Source: an uncultured delta proteobacterium (lineage in GTDB: Bacteria > Desulfobacterota > RBG-13-43-22). Taken from it: a stretch of 64,000 bases of DNA. The position numbers were made by a program, and so were the translations under genes. The first letter of the stretch is position 1. Every line of letters begins with the position of its first letter. The stretch lies in assembly GCA_963802945.1 (NCBI GenBank), contig CAWDKY010000017.1, positions 416,001-480,000 of the forward strand. The letters are read 5' to 3'. The notes under the pieces are model-generated. The model worked only from the letters and a program-made list of their open reading frames with translations, made no database searches and had not been told where the DNA came from. Positions 20,600 through 29,808 of this stretch are shown here, in pieces.

Positions 20600-20860
20600 A
20601 ACAGCCTCCTTTGGCCAATACGAAAACAATGGCGATGGTTCTATTTTTCTTTCTTTTTGTCAATAATTAAACCGTCCCCATTTCTATTTCTTCTATTCCC
20701 CAAACATCGGACATTTTCTTTTCAACGGTCTGGCTCTTATCAGGTCTTTATCAATAAAGTAATAAAAGGGCCAAGAGAAGACTTGACCCCTTTACTATAC
20801 ACAGGATGTCCTTCTTTTCTCAAGAATATGTACAATTAAGATGAGACTCCACTATCGCAG

Positions 20861-20990
20861 TTGTCTGTCAAAGAACTTTGGGTTAAAATTCATTCCCTGG
20901 CTACGGCCAGGTAGCCTCTGAGAACCGCCCGGTGCGGACCCGCATGCCGGGTGGTGTGGGGAGGGGGAGAGAACTCCCCCTTTACCCGAC
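20861..20990 (+). mobile_element. Group IIC intron 3' remnant (end of intron-encoded ORF plus domains V and VI)
   Basis: LSVKELWVKIHSLATAR* (20861-20914), then DV GAACCGCCCGGTGCGGACCCGCATGCCGGGTGGTGT and a DVI with bulged A ending ACCCGAC. Confidence 0.85.
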
Positions 20991-21688
20991 TAGCTGCTTA
21001 ACTTCCAGGCCGCCTCCGGATATGAAAGATAATAGACATTATTGAAACCACGGTTATCACATTTAATATCATCCCCTAAGCGAGCTTTGCCTGAGTTGAA
21101 TATTCTGTCACTCACAAGGAGCAGCCTTACGTCCGATATATTCTTTGCATACTTTGGAAGGTTCTTTGCTTTTCCATTTATGGCTCTATCAACAAGGTCT
21201 TTATCAATATTACTCACCCAGCCGACTTTGTTAGATACGTAATTCCACCTTTTGTATTCCCCTAACTGATCCGGAAGTCTCCGAACATAAATTACACAAC
21301 CGTTATAGGGCTCGATCCGCTTTTGTTCAAACTCTGATAGTTGCGGTACCTCCTTTGTGATCGCGTTCAATAGTTTATCGTGATGACCGATATCACCCAA
21401 TAAATCGGCTTTGATGGAGGAGCAATTTGCCTTGTAATAAGCATCGGCCAATTTTTTGATGTTTTTCAGGTTATTCTTTTCATCAGCTTTTTTTGTAGAT
21501 CCCCTGCTTGACTCGTCGAGATATATTTCTCTGACCTCTAACCCAAATTTCTCCAATTCTGTTGTCACGATCAGGTCAGGCCAACTGACTTCATCAGGAG
21601 AAGGCTCAACTTTCCACGACTCAACAAGCAATTCACCTGTTTTCTTGGCATAAATTAATTCAAGACTTTTCTGATGTTGCGTGGTCAT
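20990..21688 (-). CDS. Hypothetical protein, probable integron gene cassette ORF
   Basis: 232 aa; PD-x(9-10)-GLEV nuclease-like motif; flanked by complementary TAGCTGC / GCAGCTA core-site-like heptamers. Confidence 0.65.
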   Translation of the reverse strand: MTTQHQKSLELIYAKKTGELLVESWKVEPSPDEVSWPDLIVTTELEKFGLEVREIYLDESSRGSTKKADEKNNLKNIKKLADAYYKANCSSIKADLLGDIGHHDKLLNAITKEVPQLSEFEQKRIEPYNGCVIYVRRLPDQLGEYKRWNYVSNKVGWVSNIDKDLVDRAINGKAKNLPKYAKNISDVRLLLVSDRIFNSGKARLGDDIKCDNRGFNNVYYLSYPEAAWKLSS

Positions 21689-21698
21689 GATCTCTCTT

Positions 21699-21757
21699 GC
21701 AGCTACCGCCATAAGTCTGACCGGCCGCTTTGGGGCCAATCCTGGCGCTTGTTGACC
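21699..21757 (-). other. Degenerate attC-like site
   Basis: GGTCAAC-AAG-CGCCA..GGCC..GGCC..TGGCG-GTAGCTGC imperfect palindrome directly before the ORF. Confidence 0.45.
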
Positions 21758-21845
21758 CTTTTTCCCATTCGTTGGGAAGCACAAGGGTCGTGTGCCATTA
21801 TTTGCGAGGTTCAGAGAGCAATTAGTTTTTCTTTTTGATGTTGTA

Positions 21846-22478
21846 TTATTGCCTTCTTTTAACGTTTTTCAACCTTAACTCTTTCCTCTCTTGAAACATT
21901 TTTTCTAATTTTGCTTTTTGTTCGGGTGATGCATCAAGAATTTTCTTGCGCCATTCCATATCATATTCTAAATCCATTTTTGCATTTAACAACATTAGTT
22001 TAAGAAATCCAGTTATTCCATTGTGCCCATTTTTTTTTACTTTTTCATCATAAACTTTATTTAAGTCATTTTTAATTCTAGATAGTTCAATTGCTTTTTC
22101 AAGGTCTGCGACTTGACCCTCATAATCTAAAACAGCACCTTTTGAAACTGAACGAGTAAAATAATTATTGCAATCTTTTGGAGATAACTGAATTGCTTTA
22201 TCAAAATCCTCTATTGCATCATAGTGATATTTTAATCCTTGTAAGCATGATGCACGCATGCCATACAAATCTGCAATATCGTGATTAAAATATTTTTCAA
22301 ATTTATTTTCAAGAGCTAAATCAAAATACGTCAATGCATCACATGGCTGTCTTTTAAGCCAGAGTTGTTTTCCCTTTTCAAAATAGTTAAGTCCATCCCA
22401 TTTGATCTTAGATTCAAAATCATCAGATTTAGAATTATCTTAATTTTTTCTTTTGAATATCCTTGTGAACCAACTCAT
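21846..22478 (-). pseudogene. TPR-repeat protein with an in-frame TAA at codon 13
   Basis: GGAGG + ATG 22478: MSWFTRIFKRKN*DNSKS... in frame with a TPR body (AIEDFDKAIQLSP); very AT-rich. Confidence 0.7.
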
Positions 22479-22637
22479 ATTTTAAATCCTCCCCTTCCTA
22501 TCGCTGCTATCTGAGGTCAAACTCGCCTTTAGATTGGAAATTAGTGGAAATTAGGGACACATCCCTAATTCTGATCGTTCACTGAGCAATAAAATTTAGG
22601 TAAAAGTATAACTACTACAGGGTTTATTGTAAGTTTC

Positions 22638-23168
22638 CTATTTCCCCTTTATCAGATCTCGCAGGTTAGGGGGGAGCTGAGCTGTGAGTTCGGGAAACGC
22701 TTCGATGATTCTCAAAATATCGGCCAAGTCTTTTTGCCGTTTGCTTCTTCTGCGGGTTTCATCGGTGTAGGCCCACACTTTTCCCTGCAACACATTTTCC
22801 AGGGTGGCCACTTTCAAATCATAACCAAGTATATTGCGAACCATTGCATTGGTAAGAAAACCCTGATAACGGATATCGGTCTGAACTTGAATTCGCAAGT
22901 CCGAACCGGGTCCGCTGATGTTGATACTGTGTTCAAACCGTTCCACCGTCAACTGGTGGCTTTTGGAGGCATTGATAACGGCCTCGATATCATCAACAGC
23001 TACCACAATATCAATATCCAAACTCACCACGGGTTCCACATAAGCATTGACAGCCAGCCCCCCAATCAGGGAGTAACGAGAACCAGTTTCCCTGAGGATG
23101 GAAAGGAACTGCTGGAGGATGTCTGATTTCCCCTTAGCGATAGAATTCAGGAATTCTTTGCTTGTCAT
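22638..23168 (-). CDS. Nucleotidyltransferase-fold protein
   Basis: LIGGLAV...SLDIDIVV; KRQKDLADI C-terminal motif. Confidence 0.75.
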   Translation of the reverse strand: MTSKEFLNSIAKGKSDILQQFLSILRETGSRYSLIGGLAVNAYVEPVVSLDIDIVVAVDDIEAVINASKSHQLTVERFEHSINISGPGSDLRIQVQTDIRYQGFLTNAMVRNILGYDLKVATLENVLQGKVWAYTDETRRRSKRQKDLADILRIIEAFPELTAQLPPNLRDLIKGK

Positions 23169-23365
23169 TGCTCCCTCACTCATTCAAAATAGTTAACTCA
23201 TTATAAATCATAAATAATTTCTTGACAATTTTTTTTAATTGTCTTTATTTTGTCTTTCAGACAGTCTGCAGCCTATTTGATTTCCATGTCTTTTAAGGGA
23301 GCCTGGGGAGAGAGGAATTATATTAATTCAGGTAAAAACCGGATAAAAGGTTACGATAATATGAG

Positions 23366-23394
23366 TTGACACGCTCATATTATCGCGATAAAAT
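23366..23394 (+). promoter_or_regulatory. sigma70 promoter giving a leaderless transcript
   Basis: TTGACA-N17-TAAAAT, 6 nt before ATG 23401; no SD. Confidence 0.65.
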
Positions 23395-23400
23395 GAGCCC

Positions 23401-24669
23401 ATGAAAACCAATGATTATGTCCCTCGCAGCCTCGAAAACTATGCCTTTGATGAAAGCTTGACCGGAAGACACATGGTTTTTTTGGCCGGGGCGCGGCAGG
23501 TGGGAAAGACCATGCTGGCCCGCCATTGGCTGGAAAAGAAAGGCAGCTCCTCTCTTTATTTTAACTGGGACGATATTAAAACCCGCCAAACTTACCTGTC
23601 TGACAGCCGGTTTTTTGAGTCCCCGGCCCGAGCACTGGGCCTTGCCGATCCCTGGATTGTGTTTGACGAAATCCACAAACGCAACCATTGGCGGGATATT
23701 CTTAAAGGGGCCTATGACCTTTTCTCAAAAGAATTCAGATTCCTGATAACCGGAAGCGCCCGACTGGATTTGTTTCGAAGATCCGGGGACTCCCTGGTCG
23801 GCCGGTACAATCTGTTTCATATGTTTCCTTTTACCCTTAAAGAGGTTACCTCTTTGAGGAAATCTTCCTGTTTTTTAGAAGAAGATAATTTTGGATCTAT
23901 GGTTTCAGTTTTCGAAAAACAGGTCTCCTCACGATTATCTCCTGAAATCGATGAGGCTTACAATATCCTCTGGAGAAACGGCCCCTTTCCCGAGCCCTTT
24001 TTAAAGCAAAACGATCGGTTCAGCCGTAAATGGCACCAGGATTACATGAGTCTGGTCGTTCGTCAGGATTTGAAGGATTTAACCAGGGTAGCAGAACTAG
24101 ATAAGATCGAGCACCTGATTTCCCTTCTTCCGTCCCGTGTCATGTCCCCCATTTCCATGGCCAACCTATCCCGTGAACTGGAGGTGGCCCATACTACGGT
24201 AAAAAACTGGCTGGAACAATTGAAGAGGCTTTATCTTTTATTTTCGGTAGATCCTTGGACCCAAAAGATTTCTCGTGGTTTGAAAAGAGAAAAAAAATGG
24301 TATTTTCTGGATTGGTATTATGTCCCGGCAGGGGCGGCCCGCCTGGAAAATATAATAGCCGCCAATCTCTACCAGGTCTGTCAAACCCTTACCGACAGAG
24401 GGCTTGGCTTATATCGGCTTTATTATATAAGGACTTTGGACAAAAAAGAGATCGACTTCCTGGTGACGGTGGGCCGAAAACCAGTCCTTTGTGTGGAGGT
24501 TAAAACCGGAGAGTCCAAAATTTCCAATACGCTCATCAATCGTCAAAGATGGTTCCCCAACCAACCCACGCTGGGGGTTCAGGTTGTGGAAAAAGGGGGG
24601 ACCCTTAAAAGGCTTCAGGGAGATACCTGGATCATCGGTATCGATCGATTTTTATCACTACTGGATTAA
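23401..24669 (+). CDS. AAA+ ATPase (AAA_14 / DUF4143 type)
   Basis: GARQVGKT, VFDEIH, LITGSA, SLVGR, EIDF...VEVK. Confidence 0.9.
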   Translation: MKTNDYVPRSLENYAFDESLTGRHMVFLAGARQVGKTMLARHWLEKKGSSSLYFNWDDIKTRQTYLSDSRFFESPARALGLADPWIVFDEIHKRNHWRDILKGAYDLFSKEFRFLITGSARLDLFRRSGDSLVGRYNLFHMFPFTLKEVTSLRKSSCFLEEDNFGSMVSVFEKQVSSRLSPEIDEAYNILWRNGPFPEPFLKQNDRFSRKWHQDYMSLVVRQDLKDLTRVAELDKIEHLISLLPSRVMSPISMANLSRELEVAHTTVKNWLEQLKRLYLLFSVDPWTQKISRGLKREKKWYFLDWYYVPAGAARLENIIAANLYQVCQTLTDRGLGLYRLYYIRTLDKKEIDFLVTVGRKPVLCVEVKTGESKISNTLINRQRWFPNQPTLGVQVVEKGGTLKRLQGDTWIIGIDRFLSLLD

Positions 24670-24777
24670 AAAGTATTTCACTTCAAGGTCCTATAAAAAA
24701 GACAAAACTCAATTTTTTCGTCCCTGTTCAGGGTAACCTTTAACAGATTTAAGAATTTAAGAAAGGAGCTTAATCAA

Positions 24778-25599
24778 ATGGACCAGGTTACGAAAAATGT
24801 TTTTGTGGAAACCGGCTATCGGGGCTGTAATCCCGGTTTTGTGGTCACTTCGGAAGGGGTGGTGATGGTCGATACCCCGCAGATCCCGAGAGATGCCCTG
24901 GCCTATAGGGAGATCGTTTTAAAGCACGGCAAACCGATTTATCTGATCAATACCGAACCTCACGGCGATCATTATACGGGTAACTTCTTTTTTGAGGCAA
25001 TTTGTGTGGCCCAGGAAGGGACCAGGGAAGTAATGATGCAAGCCCAGCTCCCGGCGTTTAAAGAAAGGATGAAATTACTGGACCCCGGTTTTGATCAACT
25101 GGAAACCTATCGGATCAAATTTCCCTCCATTACCTTCGGCCAATCGATGTGGCTGTATGTGGGTAATCATACCTTTGAATTGATACACCTGCCGGGCCAC
25201 ACGGCCAGTGAAACGGTGGTCTTTATTCCAGAGGAACGAACGGTTTTCACCGGAGACAACATCTTTAACCGGGTCCAGACGTTTCTTCATGAGGCCTTAC
25301 CCAAGGAGTGGCTTGAATCTTTGGAGGTTCTTAAAAAACTGGAGGCCGATTATTATATCCCCGGACACGGGGAGGTTTGCACCAAGGCCTATCTGTACGA
25401 ACAGGCCTCTTTCATCAAGGAATGGATTGCTTCTATCCATGAAGCGATCAAGCGAGGATGGTCCTTGGAAGAGGCCCAGCAGCGCATCTCTTTTCTGGAC
25501 CGCTATCCCATGGGACAAGGGTTGGAGGCCTTTGGGCCGGAATTGCAGAAAATGAACGTGGCCCGACTTTATGCCTTGGCAGGGGAGGGGAGGATTTAA
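24778..25599 (+). CDS. MBL-fold metallo-hydrolase
   Basis: INTEPHGDHYTGN, PGHT, FTGD, IPGHG. Confidence 0.9.
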   Translation: MDQVTKNVFVETGYRGCNPGFVVTSEGVVMVDTPQIPRDALAYREIVLKHGKPIYLINTEPHGDHYTGNFFFEAICVAQEGTREVMMQAQLPAFKERMKLLDPGFDQLETYRIKFPSITFGQSMWLYVGNHTFELIHLPGHTASETVVFIPEERTVFTGDNIFNRVQTFLHEALPKEWLESLEVLKKLEADYYIPGHGEVCTKAYLYEQASFIKEWIASIHEAIKRGWSLEEAQQRISFLDRYPMGQGLEAFGPELQKMNVARLYALAGEGRI

Positions 25600-25752
25600 T
25601 TAAAAGGAAGTTTGGAGCTCAGAGTTCGGAGTTTAGCGTTCAGATCGCTCGGCTTTGCCGAGCTTTAAGAAAGGCTTCCAGTGGAAGCCGGAGTTCGGCG
25701 AAACCGGTTTCAAATTTTCTTGATGCCTTCTAGGGTATGAAGATTAAGGTAA

Positions 25753-25787
25753 AAAAGAAAGGGCGGGGTTGACCCGCCCTTTCTTTT
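25753..25787. terminator. Bidirectional intrinsic terminator
   Basis: AAAAGAAAGGGCGGG-gttga-CCCGCCCTTTCTTTT between convergent genes. Confidence 0.8.
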
Positions 25788-25813
25788 AGAAAATCTTATC
25801 TCAGGCCTTATGC

Positions 25814-27262
25814 CTATTTTACAGCCTTAAGTAAGGAATCAGGCATTGTCCAAGGTGGCGTAATCGGTTGCTGATAATCGGGATGATCCGTGGGAATGCC
25901 AAGATTACGCCTGGCAGCGGCCTTAAATCTTTCCCAATCGGCCATCTGATAGACCACCATCCTCTGGGTGGCCAGGGATCCTTCGGCGTGAATCGTCAGG
26001 ACGCCGCCGAAGGTGGAGCCCAGTTGAATAACGGCGTTTATGGCCTTGATCCGGTCTTCAGCCGGGAACCTGGCGTCGCCCTGGAGATATTTATCCATAT
26101 AGGCCTTCACGGTGGGGTTCTGATAATCCTTCTGGGAAGGCATTGTGGCGGCGATCCCGCCGGTTATATCCTGAACATACTTCATGGCTTCATGCCATTG
26201 GGAAGCAAACCAGTACTTGGCGCAGTTGGTATAAACCGGATTCGGTAAAGCGAATTTCGTCTCCGGATCGATAACCGGCGCCAGGGCAGCGGCTTTTCCC
26301 AGGGCCTCGGTTACATCGGCATACATGGCCAGCCAGGCCAGCATATCCTGAATACGGGTAGCATGCGTCAATCCATTATATTCGGCCATTATCATGGCCA
26401 AGCCGGCAACAAACTGCAGTTGCACGTGTTTATAGGTGGCGGCGGTGAGACGATGATAACGGGCGAAAGAGGTGGCATACACCCTCGAGAATTGCCATTC
26501 GCCGCAGAGAAATACCCTTTCCCAGGGGACAAAGACGTTATCGAAAATGATCATGGGATGGCCGCCGTTTGTTGTCCCGGCAGAGGCCAGGAAGCTTACG
26601 CCCTTGGCTCCGCAAGGAACAGCACAGGAAACGGCATAATCTTTCCCTGCTTCATTGTGATTACGGGAGGGAACTAAAATCAATTCATTAGAAAGAATCG
26701 AGTCGCTGATGTGCAGTTTACAACCGACGATGGTTATTCCTTCCTTGTTTTTGTCTACTACACGGACGTAGAAGTCTTTATGGGCCTGCTTCGGGTCTTC
26801 GGCATGCAGTCTCCTGTTGCCTTTGGGGTCGCTGACCGCAGCGCACAGGCCCGGATCGTTTTTCTTGCACCAAGCCCGGTAAGATTTCATGTTTTCGGAA
26901 TAATGGGTACCCATAGCCGCATCCAGCCTTTCACAGGCATAGGCCACGCCATTCAAACTGTCGATACCCGTAAGACGGGAACCACCGATGCGGTTACGAC
27001 TTAGGGTCTGAACAATCGTTCTTCGCCTTTGGAGGTCCTCGCCCGTTTTGGGCACATTAAATGAGAAGGAAACTTCCTCACCATCTTCCATCATATTGAA
27101 CAGGGAACGATACTCGGGCTGGGTAGAAATCCAGAACTCGGAAGCGGAGCGCTCCACCGCCTCTTTGTATCGGGTCGGCACATCTTTTATCAGTTCGCCG
27201 TCCTGATACACGACCCTTCCGTCTCTTAAACTTTGAACATACTGTTCCGGTGTCTTAACCAT
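25814..27262 (-). CDS. Second AbfD/HpaB-family flavoprotein, divergent
   Basis: YVQSLRDGRVVY, AVSDPKGNRR, IIFDNVFVPWERVFLCGEW, YHR, HAEGSLATQ. Confidence 0.85.
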   Translation of the reverse strand: MVKTPEQYVQSLRDGRVVYQDGELIKDVPTRYKEAVERSASEFWISTQPEYRSLFNMMEDGEEVSFSFNVPKTGEDLQRRRTIVQTLSRNRIGGSRLTGIDSLNGVAYACERLDAAMGTHYSENMKSYRAWCKKNDPGLCAAVSDPKGNRRLHAEDPKQAHKDFYVRVVDKNKEGITIVGCKLHISDSILSNELILVPSRNHNEAGKDYAVSCAVPCGAKGVSFLASAGTTNGGHPMIIFDNVFVPWERVFLCGEWQFSRVYATSFARYHRLTAATYKHVQLQFVAGLAMIMAEYNGLTHATRIQDMLAWLAMYADVTEALGKAAALAPVIDPETKFALPNPVYTNCAKYWFASQWHEAMKYVQDITGGIAATMPSQKDYQNPTVKAYMDKYLQGDARFPAEDRIKAINAVIQLGSTFGGVLTIHAEGSLATQRMVVYQMADWERFKAAARRNLGIPTDHPDYQQPITPPWTMPDSLLKAVK

Positions 27263-27435
27263 AGTTTTTCCTTTCTATAACAGAAATTATTTCTTAAAAA
27301 TTTAGAACCATTATTTTATTTTTCGTAAAAAACTACCTTTTTCTGACTTCCATCACCCCCTCCAACCTTATCCGTAACCCTTAGGATCGGCAAAAGGTTC
27401 GCTTACCATAATACGGAAATTAATTTGAATCAAGA

Positions 27436-27453
27436 TATTTTCAATTTAAAATA
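27436..27453. promoter_or_regulatory. Candidate MarR operator (18-bp inverted repeat)
   Basis: TATTTTCAA-TTTAAAATA upstream of the AbfD-like gene; related box at 29703-29720. Confidence 0.4.
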
Positions 27454-27467
27454 AAAAATGAAAAAAA

Positions 27468-27926
27468 TTATATATCTTCCCTCAAGCTGCATCCCAGTTT
27501 CTTAGCCAAGCGCGCCAAATCTTCTTGCTCTTGCTCTGTAAGAACAGAAGCCATTTCAGTAAGATACTCGGCATGCTTCACAAAGGAATCATCGAATATC
27601 TTTTTCCCTTTTGGAGTGAATCGAACAACAATGGCCCGCCGATCGTCATTACTGGGAATACGTTCCACCAGGCCTTCTTTTTCCAGATTGTCCACAACGA
27701 CCGTCATATTCCCGCCGCTCACCAGCATTTTTTTACACAGCTCTCCCATGTTCAAGGGACCAAGGTGTCCCAAGCATTCAATAACTGCATATTGGGCGGC
27801 CGTGATTCCAAAATTTTTTAAATGTTCGGCATTTTTTTTATTGAAGCTGGCGTAGGCCCTCTGCAGTTTCACCCACATGCCGAGGGCCCTGTCGATTTTT
27901 TTTCCGTATTTAACTGTATTTTTCAT
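27468..27926 (-). CDS. MarR-family regulator (MhqR-like)
   Basis: GITAAQYAVIECL, SGGNMTVVVDNLEKEGLVER, DDRR. Confidence 0.9.
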   Translation of the reverse strand: MKNTVKYGKKIDRALGMWVKLQRAYASFNKKNAEHLKNFGITAAQYAVIECLGHLGPLNMGELCKKMLVSGGNMTVVVDNLEKEGLVERIPSNDDRRAIVVRFTPKGKKIFDDSFVKHAEYLTEMASVLTEQEQEDLARLAKKLGCSLREDI

Positions 27927-27940
27927 TTTCTGAGACCCAA

Positions 27941-28738
27941 TCAGGCTTTCATGCCGGGCAGGTTGAGCGAGGCGGTATTGCCTCCATCCACCGGAAGGGC
28001 TTGGCCGGTAATGTAACTGGCTTCATCGCTGGCCAGGAAAAGTATCGCACTGGCAACCTCCTCAGGCCGGCCGTAACGCCTCAGTTCGCAACGGTATCCC
28101 ATTTTTTCAATTTTTCCCGAAGCGCGGGCATATTCAAAGACCCGTTTGGTCATTCCCGTTTCAATCAGGCCCGGACAAACGGCGTTCACCCGGACATTGA
28201 ATCCTCCCAGGTCGCAGGCCGAGGTCATGGTAAAATTGATCAGGGCTGCTTTACTGGCGCTGTAAGCGTTGCCTCCGGCACCTCCGCGAATTCCGGCAAC
28301 CGATGATGTATTGACAATGGCGCCGCTTTTCCTGGCCATCATATGCCCGGCCACATGCTTGGTTGCAAAAACCGCCCCTAGAACATTGACCTCAAAAACC
28401 CTTTTCCAGATTTCCTCATTCTCAGACTCTAATTTCGCCAGGTCTCCGCCGGTGCCGGCGTTGTTGCAGAGGATGTCGATTTGGGAATAGGTTTTCAGGG
28501 CGAGATCGATCAGGGCCTTGATCTCATTTTCTACCGCTACGTTGGTTTTTTTAGCTGTGGCTTCTCCTCCTGCGTTGACCACCATATCGAAGGTTTCTTT
28601 CAGGCCGGCTTCATTGATATCCGCCAGAACCAGTTTGGCCCCCTCGGCGGCAAACAGGAGGGCCGTGGCCCGGCCTATCCCATCGGCGGCCCCGGTGATG
28701 ATAGCCACCTTTCCAGCTAATCTTCCCTTTCTTTCCAT
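27941..28738 (-). CDS. SDR family oxidoreductase
   Basis: TGAADGIG, NNAG, YSASK. Confidence 0.92.
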   Translation of the reverse strand: MERKGRLAGKVAIITGAADGIGRATALLFAAEGAKLVLADINEAGLKETFDMVVNAGGEATAKKTNVAVENEIKALIDLALKTYSQIDILCNNAGTGGDLAKLESENEEIWKRVFEVNVLGAVFATKHVAGHMMARKSGAIVNTSSVAGIRGGAGGNAYSASKAALINFTMTSACDLGGFNVRVNAVCPGLIETGMTKRVFEYARASGKIEKMGYRCELRRYGRPEEVASAILFLASDEASYITGQALPVDGGNTASLNLPGMKA

Positions 28739-28867
28739 TAAATTAAATCTCCTTTTGCTTGGTGTCTATAGGCTGAAGGCGAATAGACTGAAGCAGAAAC
28801 CAAAACCCGGGGATTAGGGTTTAAACTCCCGTCAGTCTTCGGCCTTCGATCTATTCTCCTAAAATTT

Positions 28868-29650
28868 TTACTCCAGGGAACCGGCTGTCCCGACCATGGA
28901 TCCGCCGTCTATGACAATGGTTATCCCGGTCACGTATCTTGAGGCGTCTGAGGCCAAATAAAGCACAGCACCGGCTACGTCATCCGGCTGCCCCAAGAAA
29001 TCCAAGGGCATACGTTGGAGGGCAGCGGCTCCAACGGCCGGGTCTTTCCACAAGGCCTCGCTGAGACGGGTCTCGATCACACCCGGGGCAATGGCATTGA
29101 CCCGGATACCATACTGACCCCATTCCCTGGCCATGCATTGGGTCAACATGATCAAGCCGGCCTTGGTAACGCAGTAAATACTTAATCCACTGGCCCTAAG
29201 CCCGGCGACCGAGGCCGTGTTGATAATATTACCTCCACCTTTCCCCTTCATGACTTTGGCCACCATCTGAGCCAGAAAGAACTGCCCCTTTAAATTGACA
29301 TTCATGGTTGTGTCCCAGGCCCACTCCTCCGCTTCCAAAAGGGTTCCCGGATAGGGGTTGGTGCCGGCGTTGTTGAATAAAATATCAATACGACCGAATT
29401 CTTTGACCACTTGGACGACCAATTTTTTCTGATCTTCAAGCTTGGCTACGTGGGCGGCAATGGCCACGCCCTTTCTATTTTTGGCTTTGATCTCATCGGC
29501 CACTATATCCAGATCAGCCTGCTTCCGGCTGCTGACAACGACATCAGCACCCGCATCAGCAAAGGCCAGGGCACAGGCCCTGCCGATGCCGCGGCTACCA
29601 CCGGTGATAAGGGCCACCTTGCCCTCTAATGAAAACCTCTTGCTGTCCAT
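28868..29650 (-). CDS. SDR family oxidoreductase
   Basis: TGGSRGIG, NNAG, YCVTK. Confidence 0.92.
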   Translation of the reverse strand: MDSKRFSLEGKVALITGGSRGIGRACALAFADAGADVVVSSRKQADLDIVADEIKAKNRKGVAIAAHVAKLEDQKKLVVQVVKEFGRIDILFNNAGTNPYPGTLLEAEEWAWDTTMNVNLKGQFFLAQMVAKVMKGKGGGNIINTASVAGLRASGLSIYCVTKAGLIMLTQCMAREWGQYGIRVNAIAPGVIETRLSEALWKDPAVGAAALQRMPLDFLGQPDDVAGAVLYLASDASRYVTGITIVIDGGSMVGTAGSLE

Positions 29651-29702
29651 CTTTTTGCTCCTTTCCAAATGTTATGTATTTCGTGTAAGAGATTAAAAAA
29701 AA

Positions 29703-29720
29703 TATTTAAAGTTTAAAGTA
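29703..29720. promoter_or_regulatory. Candidate MarR operator overlapping the -10 of the SDR-SDR-marR promoter
   Basis: Minus strand TTGACG-N18-TATACT overlapped by TACTTTAAACTTTAAATA. Confidence 0.4.
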
Positions 29721-29808
29721 TATTTTTATCATGATAACATCGTCAAACGCAACAGGATTTTTTCAATCTAAAAATAATGGCTTAATCCGTGAATAAACGA
29801 GGGAGATT

